From Mesotaenium endlicherianum (taxonomy: Eukaryota): DNA of 64,000 bases. The DNA lies in NCBI GenBank assembly GCA_009602735.1, contig WELA01002099.1, positions 152,535-216,534 on the forward strand, read 5' to 3'. Shown one piece after another: positions 22,101 through 36,607 of this stretch (position 1 is its first letter; every line of letters starts with the position of its first letter). The position numbers and the translations under genes were made by a program. The notes beneath the pieces are model-generated. The model had not been told where the DNA came from. It did not search any database and saw only the letters and a list, made by a program, of their open reading frames with translations.

Positions 22101-23823
22101 GAGTGATGCAAGGCAACCCAAATCTGGCCACATACTTGGCCAACTTGGTGCAACGCCCCGGTGCACCCTCTCTTGAGCTTCTCATGAGCTCCTCTTGAGC
22201 TTGCGAGTGCTATGCTCGCCAAAGCTCCTAGACTTGCAAGTACACATGCTTGCTAAGTCCTTGGTTGCCTACCCTTAAAACCTGCTCCACCTTCATTGAA
22301 GATCTGAAATAAAGATGGGCACACACTCCTTTCTAGCCACTATCACCTCTATGCTAAGCCCCCCCTCAAAGAAAGTGCTTAATACTAAAGAGCTTGCATC
22401 TTCAAAGAAACATCCAGTCGTGTGAACTCCAGATTTTCTTCATGCTCATATGTCTCCATACTCGAGCAAAGGCTGCTCTATGTTACTTATGTCACTACCA
22501 TGCTTGGGTAACCTTCTTATACTGTAAAGATGACATACAAAAATCTGGTTGCATCCAAGTTAACACTTCTTGGAGCACCTCCCACTTCCCATCTCCTCCC
22601 TCTTTCAAGAGAGGGAGATGCTAGCTTGCATCAACGTCTTCATGGCTGCCCTTAGCAACTTATAAATCATCCTTGCTTCTCCTCTCTACCCTCTCTACAT
22701 TCCTACAAGCATCACCAACCAAAGCTCCTTCCTCCAAATGAAGCAACTAGGTAGCTCTGATACCATGTGAAAGGGGGAAGGGTGCGGGGAGTGCGCCCAC
22801 ACACACTCACGCACCCTCACCCGCGAGTGGAAGCGTGCACGAGGACCTTTCCTAGTTGCATGCACAAGGTGGAGTGGCCTCGTGGTATGCCACCCTTGCA
22901 AGAGTTAGAGGGCTACATGAGAGAGGAGTGGAAAAGAACTCATTTTATTAAGAAAAGTCGTGTATAACTTAAGAAGGTTAGACTAGACTAACTAGACTAG
23001 ACTCCCTCTATGTAGTGATTTGAGTTATTATATATTAGTTTGCATCAATAACTGAACCAGACACAGGCTGCGTGTATGAGGCATCTTCCCAGATCCTCTC
23101 AAAGACATATGTTCATTATATCTCCTCAAACTCTTCACCTAGTGATGAAATACGAATACGAAGTATTAGTATAATAAATACATATTAGAGTTATACGTGT
23201 ATGATAAAAATACGAGCGTATTTCAATTTCCCAAGATTTTTAGTATAGAGAAAAAGCTTCATAACTTCCACATAACTTCAAAATGTAGTGATTTGAGTTA
23301 TTATATATTAATTTGCATATATTTTAATGTTTTCAAATATATTTGGAGTAGTATTGTGTGGATTCAAGTGTGAATAGGTACTCTAGTGACTTGGTTCATG
23401 TCCTTTGAACCTTCTAAGGCATTTTCGAAGTTAGAGGAAAGACCTAGAAGAACTCCACGTGGCAAAACTTAAATGTGCCATTTTTAGGTCAAAAGGACAT
23501 GTGTACATTATTCTAGAAAGAGGTGGCAAGTTTTGGGATGTGTTGGGTGCCAGCACATCAACATACACCTTCCTAGAAATTACTTATGTAGCAAGTATAT
23601 AAACAAGAGCTAGAACATAGAAAGACATTCAAGAATCACTCTTGTACTTGCCAAAATCCAGAAATATATTAACTTTCAAGAAGCCATCTCTCTTTCAAGA
23701 AGCTACCACTTGTGTTCAAAGATCCTTGTCTTGAATAGATAAAGTATTATATTTTACTAAGTACTTTATCTATCTGTTTCACTACAGTGGTATCGGAGCT
23801 AGGCACTTTGGTAGCACAAGAAG

Positions 23824-26800
23824 ATGGCCGATCCTCAAGACCAACAGCAAGCTTTCGAAGGAAGCCCTTCCTCTCCAAGACACCCTCCTCCAGCGCCGAT
23901 GGGAGAGCCCACTCAAGAAAATCTGCAACTACTAGAAAGCACTACAAGGAGGAGTACACCTTCCTCTGGCGCCAATGGGAGAGCCTACTCAAGGAAATCT
24001 GCAACAACAAGAAGCACCACAAGAAGGAGCACCGTCAAATCCCGTGGCAGCCGCTATAGCAAAGTTGACCCCACCACAAGGAGTTCCCGCAAATGAGTGG
24101 GCAGCCTTCCTAATGACCGTCCACAACCAAGTGGGCTTGGCCACCTATGAAGCAACCGTGCAAGCGTCAAGAGAAGCTATGGCTGCCATGGTTGCCCCTA
24201 TTGCGAGCAATGCTCAAAATCCAGCCCCGGCTCAAGCGCCTCCACAAGAGCCAACGAGAGCAAGGAAACTCATCAAGCCCGGCAAACCCGACACTTTCAA
24301 CCCCGGGAAAGGTGCCAACCTGAATTTATGGCTCTACCAAGTGGAGACGTACCTCGCATTCCTTGAAGTACTCGAGGAGGACTACGTTCCCTTTGCTGTT
24401 CCCTTACTTAGAGGAGCAGCAACATCATGGTGGCGTAACTATCAAGCAGCTATATATCAAGCTATGGCGCACCCCATGCTCGGCCAAGAGCCCCCACCAT
24501 CATATGCAAGATGGGCAGATTTTNNNNNNNNNNNNNNNNNNNNNNNNNNNNNNNNNNNNNNNNNNNNNNNNNNNNNNNNNNNNNNNNNNNNNNNNNNNNN
24601 NNNNNNNNNNNNNNNNNNNNNNNNNNNNNNNNNNNNNNNNNNNNNNNNNNNNNNNNNNNNNNNNNNNNNNNNNNNNNNNNNNNNNNNNNNNNNNNNNNNN
24701 NNNNNNNNNNNNNNNNNNNNNNNNNNNNNNNNNNNNNNNNNNNNNNNNNNNNNNNNNNNNNNNNNNNNNNNNNNNNNNNNNNNNNNNNNNNNNNNNNNNN
24801 NNNNNNNNNNNNNNNNNNNNNNNNNNNNNNNNNNNNNNNNNNNNNNNNNNNNNNNNNNNNNNNNNNNNNNNNNNNNNNNNNNNNNNNNNNNNNNNNNNNN
24901 NNNNNNNNNNNNNNNNNNNNNNNNNNNNNNNNNNNNNNNNNNNNNNNNNNNNNNNNNNNNNNNNNNNNNNNNNNNNNNNNNNNNNNNNNNNNNNNNNNNN
25001 NNNNNNNNNNNNNNNNNNNNNNNNNNNNNNNNNNNNNNNNNNNNNNNNNNNNNNNNNNNNNNNNNNNNNNNNNNNNNNNNNNNNNNNNNNNNNNNNNNNN
25101 NNNNNNNNNNNNNNNNNNNNNNNNNNNNNNNNNNNNNNNNNNNNNNNNNNNNNNNNNNNNNNNNNNNNNNNNNNNNNNNNNNNNNNNNNNNNNNNNNNNN
25201 NNNNNNNNNNNNNNNNNNNNNNNNNNNNNNNNNNNNNNNNNNNNNNNNNNNNNNNNNNNNNNNNNNNNNNNNNNNNNNNNNNNNNNNNNNNNNNNNNNNN
25301 NNNNNNNNNNNNNNNNNNNNNNNNNNNNNNNNNNNNNNNNNNNNNNNNNNNNNNNNNNNNNNNNNNNNNNNNNNNNNNNNNNNNNNNNNNNNNNNNNNNN
25401 NNNNNNNGAGGACTACAAAGAAGTGTTCTCCCCAAAATTGCCCAAGGGCCTACCCCCCAAAAAGATTTGTAGACCACAAGATAGAGTTGGAGCTCGGAAG
25501 CAAGCCCATCTCTCGGCCTAGGTTCAAAATGTCATACACGGAGCTAAACGAAGTCAAGAAGCAAATCAAGGAGCTACTGGAGCATGGCTTCATTCGACCT
25601 AGCAAGTCGCCATTTGGAGCCCCGGTGCTATTTGTCAAGAAGAAAGATGGTACCTTGAGGATGTGTGTGGACTATCGCGCCCTCAACAAGATCACCATCA
25701 AGAATCGATACCCGCTGCCGCGCATGGATGAGCTCATGGACCGGCTGGTTGGAGCCAAGTACTTCACGAAGATTGACTTACGGAGCGGCTACCACCAGAT
25801 TCGCATCGCAGAACCGGACATAGAGAAGACGGCATTCAGGACAAGATATGGACATTTTGAGTTCATGGTCCTGCCATTTGGACTCACCAACGCGCCAGCA
25901 ACTTTCATGACTATGATGAACACCATATTTCAGCCCATGTTGGACAGATTTGTGGTGGTATTCATCGATGACATCCTTATCTACAGCAAGACCCTTGAAG
26001 AGCATGCGAGACACTTGAAAGAAGTCCTTGAAGTATTGAAGCAAAACAAGCTGTTTGCGAAGGAGTCAAAATGCGAGTTTGCCAAACAAGAAGTGGAGTT
26101 CCTAGGTCTCCACGTGACTGCTGATGGCATCAAGATGGACCCCAAGACTACGGTGGTGGAGGAATGGCCAACCCCCACAACCAAGAAAGAACTCCAATCA
26201 TTCTTGGGATTTGCCAATTGGTACAGAAAATTCATCCAAGGCTTCTCGCACATAGCAGCCCCCCTGACAGATCTACTCAAGAAGGACAGGCTATATACAT
26301 GGAGCGAGAAAGAGGAAGAGGCATTTCAAGAGTCAAAGCAAAGATTGACCACATCCCCGGTGCTCACACTCCCAAGTCCAAACCCAGATTGGCCCTTCCA
26401 CGTCATCACCGATGCATCTTCCTATGCAATAGGAGCAATCCTGCTTCAAGACCAAGGCAAGGGACTGCAGCCCATCGCCTACGAGTCAAGGAAGCTAAAT
26501 CTACCCGAGCAAACTTATACAACCACGGAGCGAGAGGCATTGGCGATTGTACATGCCTTAAGGTTTGGCGCTGCTACGTTGAAGGACGCAAGGTACTGGT
26601 CACCACGGACCACGAGGCGTTAAAGCACCTCCAGACGCAGCCGTATCTCTCAAGGAGACAAGCAAGATGGAGCGGATACTTGCAACAATACAACATCACG
26701 ATTCAGTACCAGCCCGGCAAGACAAACCCGGCTGACCCCCTCTCAAGACTGCAATTAAATGCAGTGATGACATCCCTGAAGACAGATCTGGAAGCTCGAT

Positions 26801-28341
26801 TTTCAGCCGCCTATAAAAGAGATCCTTACTACAAGAACTGAGAAGCAGCCTTGGACCCATACAAGAAGCAAGAAGGCAATTATTGGGTGAGGCAAGATAC
26901 GGGCCAGAGATGTGTTCCTAATGACATAGACCTCCGGCTCTTGCTTCTAAGATAAGCACACGACAACCCACTTGGATGACACTTTGGAATCCTAAGGACC
27001 ACGGGCGTTCTAGCCAGGACTTATTGTTGGCCAGGCATGTCTAAGCAAGTCAAGGAGTACTGCAGGAGCTGTGACACATGCCAAAGAATCAAGCCATCAT
27101 CGCAAAAGGCGGGAAGACTCCTCCAACCACTACCAATTCCCGAAAGACAATGGACGGACATCTCAATGGACCTTATCGTGGACCTGCCCGTGACACCTCG
27201 AGGCCATAGTGCAATACTCACGGTGGTGGACAGACTTACTAAGATGGCTCATTTTATTCCCACAACGACTAAGGCTACAGCACCACAACTTGCAAGACTC
27301 ATCTTTGACAACATCTTTGGACTCCATGGACTACCATCAAGAATTGTGTCAGATAGAGATCCAAGATTCACAAGCCATTTCTGCGAAAATCTCTTCAAGA
27401 ACTTGGGTACATCGTTGGATATGTCTACTGCCTACCACCCACAATCAGATGGGCAAACCGAGCGTATGAATCGTACCCTAAAGACCTCTCTAAAGGCCTA
27501 CGTGTCTACCCTGAAGCAAGACTGGGACATGTACTTGACCCCTCTCGAGTTTGCCTACAACAACACGACGCAGGCCTCTACCCAAGAGTCCCCATTCTTC
27601 CTCAACTATGGCTTCCACCCAACCACGCTGCTGAGATTCACGGCTTGTCATGATGAAGTACCTGCAGCAACAGATTTTATGGAGACATTAGAAACGGCCC
27701 TTACAGCAGCGAAGAAAGCTCTGCAACAGGCGCAAGATGCTCAAGCAAGAGTGGCAAACAGGTCCAGAAGAGAACTTACGTACAGAGTGGGTGACAACGT
27801 GTTACTATCATCCAAGAATATTTCCTTGAACAACAAGCCTGCCGGCAGCAAGTTCTCTCCCAAGTATTTGGGACCCTTCAAGATTATCCAGCAAGTCAAC
27901 CCCGTTGCTTTCAAGCTAGAACTTCCCCAGACTATGCACATTGACCCCGTATTCCACGCTTCCCTCTTCAAGCCGTATGTGCAACCCGACAACAAGTTCC
28001 CAGGACGTGTGACAACCCCACCAGCCCCAACAATAGTGGATGATCATTTGGAGTACGAAGTGGAAGACATAGTGGCTATGAGAAATTTCAGGAGACAGCA
28101 TCAATACTTGATCAAGTGGAAAGGATATTCAGATTCGGATAATAGTTGGGTGGCGGCGCACTACCTTGACAAAGTTCAGAGAAAGTTGAAGCGCTTCCAT
28201 GCCGCCAACCCCCATCTTGGACCAACCCCAAAACTCTCTACTAGAAGCCCCAAGACTTCAGGGAGGCAGCCTGCCACCATCAAGAAGCAGCAGAAGACCC
28301 CTTGGAGGCAGCCTGCAAGAACAAGAAAGAGGAAAAATTGA
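23824..28341 (+). pseudogene. C1 gag-pol with frameshifts and stops, spanning an assembly gap
   Basis: gag [40 protein letters not shown]. RNaseH TDAS. IN SMD..SDRD..QTER. Chromodomain YEVEDIV..YLIKWKGY. Confidence 0.92.
24524..25407. other. Assembly gap (884 N)
   Basis: Run of N. Confidence 1.
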
Positions 28342-31300
28342 CATTAGACACTCTTCTCTTCTNCATTAGACACTTTTCTCTTCTCACAGTTTCTAGATAG
28401 AAAACTAGAACTGCTACTGGTGATAGGTCTCTGCATAATAAATTCTGAAAATTTATCTGGCTGTAGTCCATAAGTAGCCGGTCATTTAGAGTCCAAGTTT
28501 GCTCAATTTGGAGCATTGATAAGAGAGATATAATGCTCTAAGTAGAAGGGGGTCAAGCTGCTGGCATTGTTAGGGCAGAATATGCCTTCTGACATTGTGC
28601 CCTCCCCTGAACTTGGAATGCTCTGAAACTCAAGACTCTGGTAGAGCATGTGACAGCGCCTAGTTTGAGACTTAGTTTGCAGAATTTGGAGAAGTATAGA
28701 AGGACTTATGATTCTCAGAAGTTTCTGCACAGATTTGGAGGAGTGCCTACTCTCTCAGCTCTCAACGACACTCCAGAAATGAGAATGCTCTCAAATTTGG
28801 TGACCCGGTAGAGTTCTCCGACGCGGTCCGTCTGGCACTCGAATTTTCAGATTTGGAGCAGTTCTGTGGCCGCTATGAATTTTTGAGTTCGTGGCAGATT
28901 CTGGGCCAACTTGTACAATTTTCTTTATCATTAAGGAGTAGGCTAGCCAATAAGGTCACACCACCCACGACCTTGCCTAGTCTACCTTACATGTGTAGCA
29001 CCTGACTTGGCGCCTTGGACTAATCCTCTTCACATGTGCGGCATCTGACTTGAAGCTGTAGACTAGTCTGCTCCACATGTGTAAGACCTGACTTGACGCG
29101 CCGAGACGTCGCTTTTTTCGGCGGGGGGGTGATGTAGTGATTGGAGTTATTATATATTAGTTTGCATATATTTTAATGTTTTCAAATATATTTGGAGTAG
29201 TATTGTTTGGATTCAAGTGTGAATAGATACTCTAGTGACTTGGTTCATGTCCTTTGAACCTTCTAAGGCATTTTCAAAGTTAGAGGAAAGACCTAGAAGA
29301 ACTCCACGTGGCAAAAGTCAAATGTGCCATTTTTCGGTCAAAAGGACATGTGTACATTATTCTAGAAAGAGGTGGCAAGTTTTGGGATGTGTTGGGTGCC
29401 AACACATCAACATACACCTTCCTAGAAATTACTTATGTAGCAAGTATATAAACAAGAGCTAGAACATAGAAAGACATTCAAGAATCACTCTTGTACTTGC
29501 CAAAATCCAGAAATATATTAACTTTCAAGAAGCCATCTCTCTTTCAAGAAGCTACCACTTGTGTTCAAAGATCCTTGTCTTGAATAGATAAAGTATTATA
29601 TTTCACTAAGTACTTCATCTATCTTTTTCACTACACTCTACTTCTTTGTGCTTCCCATTTATGATTTAACTCTAAGTGTCCTCTCTAGCAAAGTACCTCC
29701 AGAATCTTCTACTATGGCTCCTTCCATGTAGTTGACCTTGCCTAGTTGGACAAGCTAGCACACTCACACGCACGCAATCACACTCTAGAATATTCTACTA
29801 CACAATCCACTAACTCCGCACGAACTTTCTAGAAATTCCACGATCAGTTTGGCACTCTACGTAGTTATTGGAACCCTCATGTTTCAATGTCCTACTTTCT
29901 GGACTCCAACCGAAATTTCCGTCACTGAACCTGTCCTTGTCACTACTTTGAATCTGTGACACTAATAATTCACTAAAAACTCCCAAAATTCATAACTTTC
30001 TCAATACTTGTCCAAATGACTTGAACCGAAGGCCAAATTTTTTCTAAAATCACACTTTATGCATATAAAATACTAGAAAGATACAAACTACACTTTCATA
30101 ATCTTACAGTGTAGGTCTAGACATATTTTTTTGACACCGATCACATAGCTTAACATAAATCAAGACCTCTCGAGGCAACCCTTCCCAATAATGATGCGCT
30201 GCTAATTTGCCAACAATTTTGGCCTGCAAATGTCCTCCCAGAAAACTGTCTTGTACTTGACTCAGTAAAAGTGACCTTATTTCCAACTTATTAGGAATGA
30301 CCAATTTCAACTTGACTGAAGTGGTTTCTATTACCTAGACCCCTCCTTTCAACTTATACCCGAGTGCAATTGCAGGACACACACCATCAGTGGGGCTGGG
30401 CTCAAATGTTGGGTTAGAAAGGTATGCTTTTCTAATTTGTTCAAGGAAGGACTTTTTGACTTTCAATGAAGTGAGTGCACAAAGAACTTTACTTACAGCA
30501 TGCTGGTTAAAGTTCCTTTCTTGCAAGTCAAGTCTTCTAGATAGTGCATCAGCAGGATTCAACTTCCCTGGTTTGTAGTCAATCTGGACTTGAGACTGCT
30601 CCAACATCTGGCTCCAACGATTCTCCCTCCTCGACAGCTTGGACTTTTTCCAAAAGTGAGTCAAAGCTAGATGATATGTAATCACCTTAAAAGCTTTGCC
30701 ATGTAAGTAAGCTCTCCACTGTTTAAGCAAATGAATGATAGTCAGCAGCTCTTTATCATGCACAGAACAATTGATCTTAGCTAGATTGAATTTCATACAC
30801 TCGTATAGCACAGGTGCCACTCCTGCTTCACCTTACCATCCTTTGTGGTTTCATCAGCAGGCTGCAACAAAATAGCACCTATGGCAAAGTCAGAAGCACC
30901 AGTAACCACCTACACAGCTTTGTTGAGGTCATACATAGCTAAGATTGGGGCAGAACAGAGAGCATTTTTAAGGGTCTGGAAGGCAGCTTGCTGCTCTTCA
31001 CCCCCCACATACTCTATATCCTTCTTAGTAAAGTCAGACACCTTACTAGCCTTTGTAGAAATATTTTCAAAAAAAATCTCCTATAATAGTTAGCCCATCC
31101 GAGGAAGGATTCAACTTCCGAGACTGACTGTGGTATTGGCCAGTCCCCCATGGTCTACACTTTCGTAGAATCACATTGATGCCTTCCTTATTGACAACGT
31201 GCCCTTTGAATCAATGCTCTCCTCAAACAATTCACACTTGCTCATTTTTACATATGAATGATTCTCTCTTAAAGTGTCCATTAACCACTTTTAAGATCTA

Positions 31301-31906
31301 TCTTACTGAACACTTTAGCACCAGACATGGTATCAAGCAAGTCCTTGATTTTGGATAAAGCTTACTTGTTCTTTACTGTAATTCTTCTAAGAGCTTTGTA
31401 ATCCACGCACATTCGCATCTGCCATCCTTTGTCTTGACAAATAAGATGGGTGCGCCATAAGGTGATTTATTGGGAGAAATATAATCATTTTCCTCCAACT
31501 CTGCAATCTATGTTTTTAACTTCTCACTCTCCACATAAGACAAGCCATATGTGCGTTGCTAAGGTGGCTGACTCCCGGGTAATAAATCAATCTTATGTTT
31601 TACTTCTCTCTCAGGGGACAATCTTGGAGGCCCGTTAAAAACATCAGTATACTGACCAACAATTTTTGCAGCAGTAGGGTGCTCCGGAGGACTCACCTTT
31701 TCCTCAATCACGTCTTCCAATTGAAAAGATACCTCTTTCAGCAGCAGACAGAACGTTATGTCTTCCTTCCGGTTCCAGCTTTCAATGAACTCCATTGCAT
31801 TCAACAATTTGCATCCTCCTGGAAGCCTCTTCTTTTCCTTTCGTTGCCATCCATACAAGACAAGAGGAAGAGCACTGATGGGTGCCAAGTTAGTCTGCCC
31901 ATCAAT

Positions 31907-34900
31907 TGAAAGGGGGAAGGGTGCGGGGAGTGCGCCCACACACACTCACGCACCCTCACCCGCGAGTGGAAGCGTGCACAAGGACCTTTCCTAGTTGCAT
32001 ACACAAGGTGGAGTGGCCTGGTGGTGTGCCACCCTTGCAAGGGTTAGAGGGCTACATGATAGAGGCGTGCAAAAGAACTCACTTTATTAAGAAAAGTCGT
32101 GTACAAGATACGAAGGTTAGACTAGAATAAGCCCCCTCTACTTCCTTGTGCTTCCCATTTATCCTTTAACTCTAAGTGTCCTCTCTAGCAAAGTACCTCC
32201 AGAACCTTCTCCTATGGCTCCTTCCATGTAGGTGACCTTGCCTAGTTGGACAAGCTAGCACACTCACACGCACGCAATCACACTCTAGAATATTCTACTA
32301 CACAATCCACTAATTCCTCACGGAGTTTCTAGAAATTCCACAATCACTTTGGCACTCTACGTAATTGTACGTACTTTCTGGAACCCTCATGTTTCAATGT
32401 CCTACTTCCTGGACTCCAACCAAAATTTTCGTCACTGGACCTGTCCTCACTAAATAGAATCTGTGACATTAAAAACTCACTAAAAACTTCCAAAATTCAT
32501 GACTATCTCAATACTTGTCCAAATGACTTGAAATAAAGGCCAAAGTTCTTCTAAAATCACACTCTATGCATATANGAATTACAATCTATGAATATTAAAT
32601 ACAAGAAAGAAACAAACTACACTTTCATAACCTTACATCATCCCCCTCCTCAAGATGTGACGTCCTCGGCGCGTACTAAGCATAAGTGACGTCATATGAG
32701 GAATCGAGCTCACATATACGCTAGAAAAATACATATTCATATATATTATACAGGTTGCAGGTCTTGAACAGGCTACAGGATGATACTTAATACTCGAGAC
32801 TTGCTCCACTTAGTAAAAGCTCCATCGCATACATTGGCTCCACACATGGCGTCTCCTACCACAAATGCATCTTCTCTTCAACTCCTTCGTCTTGGAATAG
32901 GCCAATATCTTCATAAGGGCTGTAACATACTCTCTCCATCATCTTCACATACTCCAAAGCTGGATCCAAGGCATAATAGTCCACCAAATTGCCAAAATAC
33001 TCATTCTTCGCCCTCTTGGACAAGTGGCAACTCCTCGTCGCGCCATGTGGTTTACTCGTGATGCTTTTATAAATTTGACCAGATTACATCATGAACCTGA
33101 CTCCACTATGTTCTTGAACCTTCTGGTACACTTAGCTACCTCTAGCTCTAAGCCATACTCCTTGTAGAGGTATTGCATTCTCTCACTCGTGTGCGTGACT
33201 CGTGGTGACCTCTCAAGACGCCAAGTGGCACCCTCCTGACTTTTTCTCACATTTTTAGCCTGAAAGTTGTGTAATCTACATAACATCCCCCCTCTAAACT
33301 CACTGGTATGCTTTGTTTCTTGTGATTCCAAGCCTAAGACCATGATACCAGATTGCGCCTTGCCTCACACATGTGGCTCCCACGGCAGTCCAGCAGACCG
33401 CCATGTGGCACTGTCAGGACTTAATTTAATATTTCATACCAAAAATTACTTTTTCTGAATCTCAACCCATAGGACTACCTCTCCACAAAATTTCAGAATC
33501 TGAATCAAAGTCTAACACTCAAACGAGATCGTCACTTTGTGCCTCACGCTCGTAGGACGCACACGCGCGCAACACGTATCAAGCTCCCGCGCCTACAAAT
33601 GGCACATGCTTAAACCCCTAATTCTGAAACTTGACTATGACTCAGGGTAGGACTCATACTAGGCCTCTCACATCATGTAGGACTTCTAGTGAAAATATTA
33701 TCCACTCTCTTCTAAGTAGGCAAAAAGTAGCCAAAATCTGCCAACTTTTACCCTCGCGCTCGCCTACCCGTAAAATCCTCAAACATAGACAGATTTGAGT
33801 ATCTTCCAAGTTCTTGCTCTCAAACTTCTTTTTACTTCACATCTCTTAGTTACAACTGAACTCATGGGACTGGTTTGACCTTGCTTACAAGCACTCTAAA
33901 CAACTATAACACTCCTCCCCCTCATCATGAAGGTAAGGCGCTTACCACTCGAGTGTCCAAGTCCAGATTTTACGCCTCTCTCGTGCTTGCTTGTATAGGC
34001 GCTGATTCTCCTAGCTTCATGTCCAGGTCTTTGTCATATAACTCCATCTTAGGCAGGACATATCAGCCCCATAACACTTGGTCTCCTCCTCATAGGTCCA
34101 TATCCATAAAGTCGTAGTCTCCATCAAGCGACGATAGTAATCTTCACAAGGCATGAGCGCGTAGTCTCGCTCGTGGTGCACCAAACTCCATCATAGTCTT
34201 CTTCTTGGCTAGATGCTCACTCCCACATACTCCTGGCTCTTGTCAAAGGTTAGCCTTCACACAAGGCTCTAAGAAACACATCTGGAACGCCTCCATGAGC
34301 TCCATAACTTGGGCAAACGCACATAGTCTTAGTGCTTGCACCTCATCTTGTGCTCGCACACACTTTGCCTTGCAAGCGGGCTTCTCTTGAGCTCACTTTC
34401 TAGGAGCTCCTCCACTTGAGCAGTTGGGGTCTGCTCTATATATGAGCAAGGGGATCATACACCTCTACTTGCTCCACCGGCGATGCGCGCTCGCCAAGGT
34501 TGTTAGGAGGCGCGCTTGCTCCATGCGATGACCGGGCCAAGGTCACCCAAACAAGCGCTTCTCCTTCACCTTCACCTTCCCGCGTCGCTTCCTTGCTAGC
34601 GGGCTGAAGATAGCTACTTGTGGTCTTATCTACCTCCACCTATTTCACTATCTTCACTTGACCGTACTCCTCCTTGGTCTTCACTTGACCCGTGCACTAA
34701 AGCACTAGAGGATAGGCTACTCTCTTTGTGCAACTCCTTCCACATGCTTAGCTTCTTGAGTGCACTCTAGCCTTGNTCCCAATGACACTTCTTACTACTN
34801 TACTACTAAACCCAGCTTGCCTTGGTGCTCTACTTTCACATGAAGAGATTCCATAGATGCACCAAAATTTGCCCCTTAACTATGCCAACACACAACTATT

Positions 34901-36607
34901 GGCACACGCACTTCTAGTGGGAGACATCTCTTGCACTAGCCCTCTTGCACCAACTTCATACCTTGCTTCTTCTTTCACACCATAGGCTTGTCTTCATCAT
35001 AGTTCTCAACTCCATATACTCCGTAGTACTCTCCTCCATAAGAAAAAAGAAATCTGAACTTGAAAGGCTCCATCTCCATCTCTCCTTTTTGAAGAAAAAT
35101 CTGGAATACTTCTTCTTGCTCCAAGCCTTCTCCACAGTGCTTCTCTTCACGTGAGGCTTCTTCAATCTCCATACAAGGTACCAAGCTCCATCATGGCTGG
35201 CCTCAAATAACCAGTGGCTACAAAGGAGTGATGCAAGGCAACCCAGATCTGGCCACATACTTGGCCAACTTGGTGCAACACCCTGGTGCACCCTCTCTTG
35301 AGCTTCTCATGAGCTCCTCTTGAGCTTGTGAGTGCTATGCTCGCCAAAGCTCCTAGACTTGCAAGTACACACGCTTGCTAAGTCCCCGGTTGCCTACCCT
35401 TAAAACCTGCTCCACCTTCATTGAAGATCTGAAATAAAGATGGGCACACACTCCTTTCTAGCCACTATCACCTCTATGCTAAGCCCCCTCATCAAAGAAA
35501 GAGCTTAACACTAAAGAGCTTGCATCTTCAAGGAAAAATCCAGCCGTGTGAACTCCAGATTTTCTTCATGCTCATATGTCTCCATACTCAAGCAAAGGCT
35601 NGAGCAAAGGCTGCTTTATATTACTTATATCACTACCATGCTTGGGCAACCTTCTTATACTACAAGGAAGATGTACAAAAATCTGGTTGCATCCAAGTTA
35701 ACACTTCTTGGAGCACCTCCCTATTCCCATCTCCTCCCTCCTTCAAGAGAGTGAGATGCTAGCTTGCATCAACGTCTTCATGGCTGCCCTTAGCAACTTT
35801 CCTTGCTTCTCCTCTCTACCCTCTTTACACCCCTACAACATCACCAACCAAAGCTGCTCCTCCAAATGAAGCAGCTAGGTAGCTCCGATACCATGTGAAA
35901 GGGGGGAGGGTGCGGGGAGTGCGCCCACACACACTCACGCACCCTCACCCGCGAGTGGAAGCGTGCACAAGGACCTTTCCTAGTTGCATACACAAGGTGG
36001 AGTGGCCTGGTGGTGTGCCACCCTTGCAAGGGTTAGAGAGCTACATGATAGAGGCGTGGAAAAGAACTCACTTTATTAAGAAAAGTCGTGTACAAGATAC
36101 GAAGGTTAGACTAGAATAAACTCCCTCTACTTCCTTGTGCTTCCCATTTATCCTTTAACTCTAAGTGTCCTCTCTAGCAAAGTACCTCCAGAACCTTCTC
36201 CTATGGCTCTTTCCATGTAGGTGACCTTGCCTAGTTGGACAAGCTAGCACACTCACACGCACGCAATCACACTCTAGAAACTTCTACTACACAGTCCACT
36301 AACTCCTCACGGAATTTCTAGATATTCCACGATCACTTTGACACTCTACGTAATTGTACGTACTTTCTGGAACCCTCATGTTTCAATGTCCTACTTCCTG
36401 GACTCCAACTGTAATTTTCGTCACTGGACATGTCCTTGTCACTAAATAGAATCTGTGACATTAAAAACTCACTAAAAACTTCCAAAATTCATGACTATCT
36501 CAATACTTGTCCAAATGACTTGAAATAAAGGCCAAAGTTCTTCTAATATTACACTCTATGCATATAAAATACTAGAAAGAAACAAACTACACTTTCATAA
36601 CTTTACA
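31907..36607 (-). mobile_element. Second family B non-autonomous element (B2), inserted in the A0 protease region
   Basis: LTRs 31907-32637 and 35896-36607. PBS TGGTATCGGAGC at 35882-35893. Interior colinear with B1. Degenerate TSD TCAAT/TCAGA (A1 has TCACT here). Confidence 0.88.

Larger units (their letters stand above)
23011..29635 (+). mobile_element. Family C chromodomain Gypsy element C1 (decayed)
   Basis: 503-bp LTRs TGTAGTGA...CACTACA at 23284-23786 and 29133-29635. Perfect TSD CTCTA (23006-23010, 29636-29640). PBS TGGTATCGGAGC at 23788-23799. G-rich PPT before 29133. Confidence 0.93.
10105..30108 (-). mobile_element. Family B non-autonomous (LARD-like) LTR element B1, with A1 nested in its 3' LTR and C1 in its 5' LTR
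   Basis: LTRs TGAAAGGGGG...TTACA at 10105-10326+19124-19611 and 22768-23010+29641-30108. PBS TGGTATCAGAGC (- strand, 22754-22765). PPT at about 19615-19625. Near-TSD GTGTG/GTGTA. The 3.1-kb interior has no long ORF. Confidence 0.85.

Noticed and set aside
23975..26623. 882-aa ORF and other X-rich ORFs
   Set aside because: Artefacts of translating through the 884-N gap
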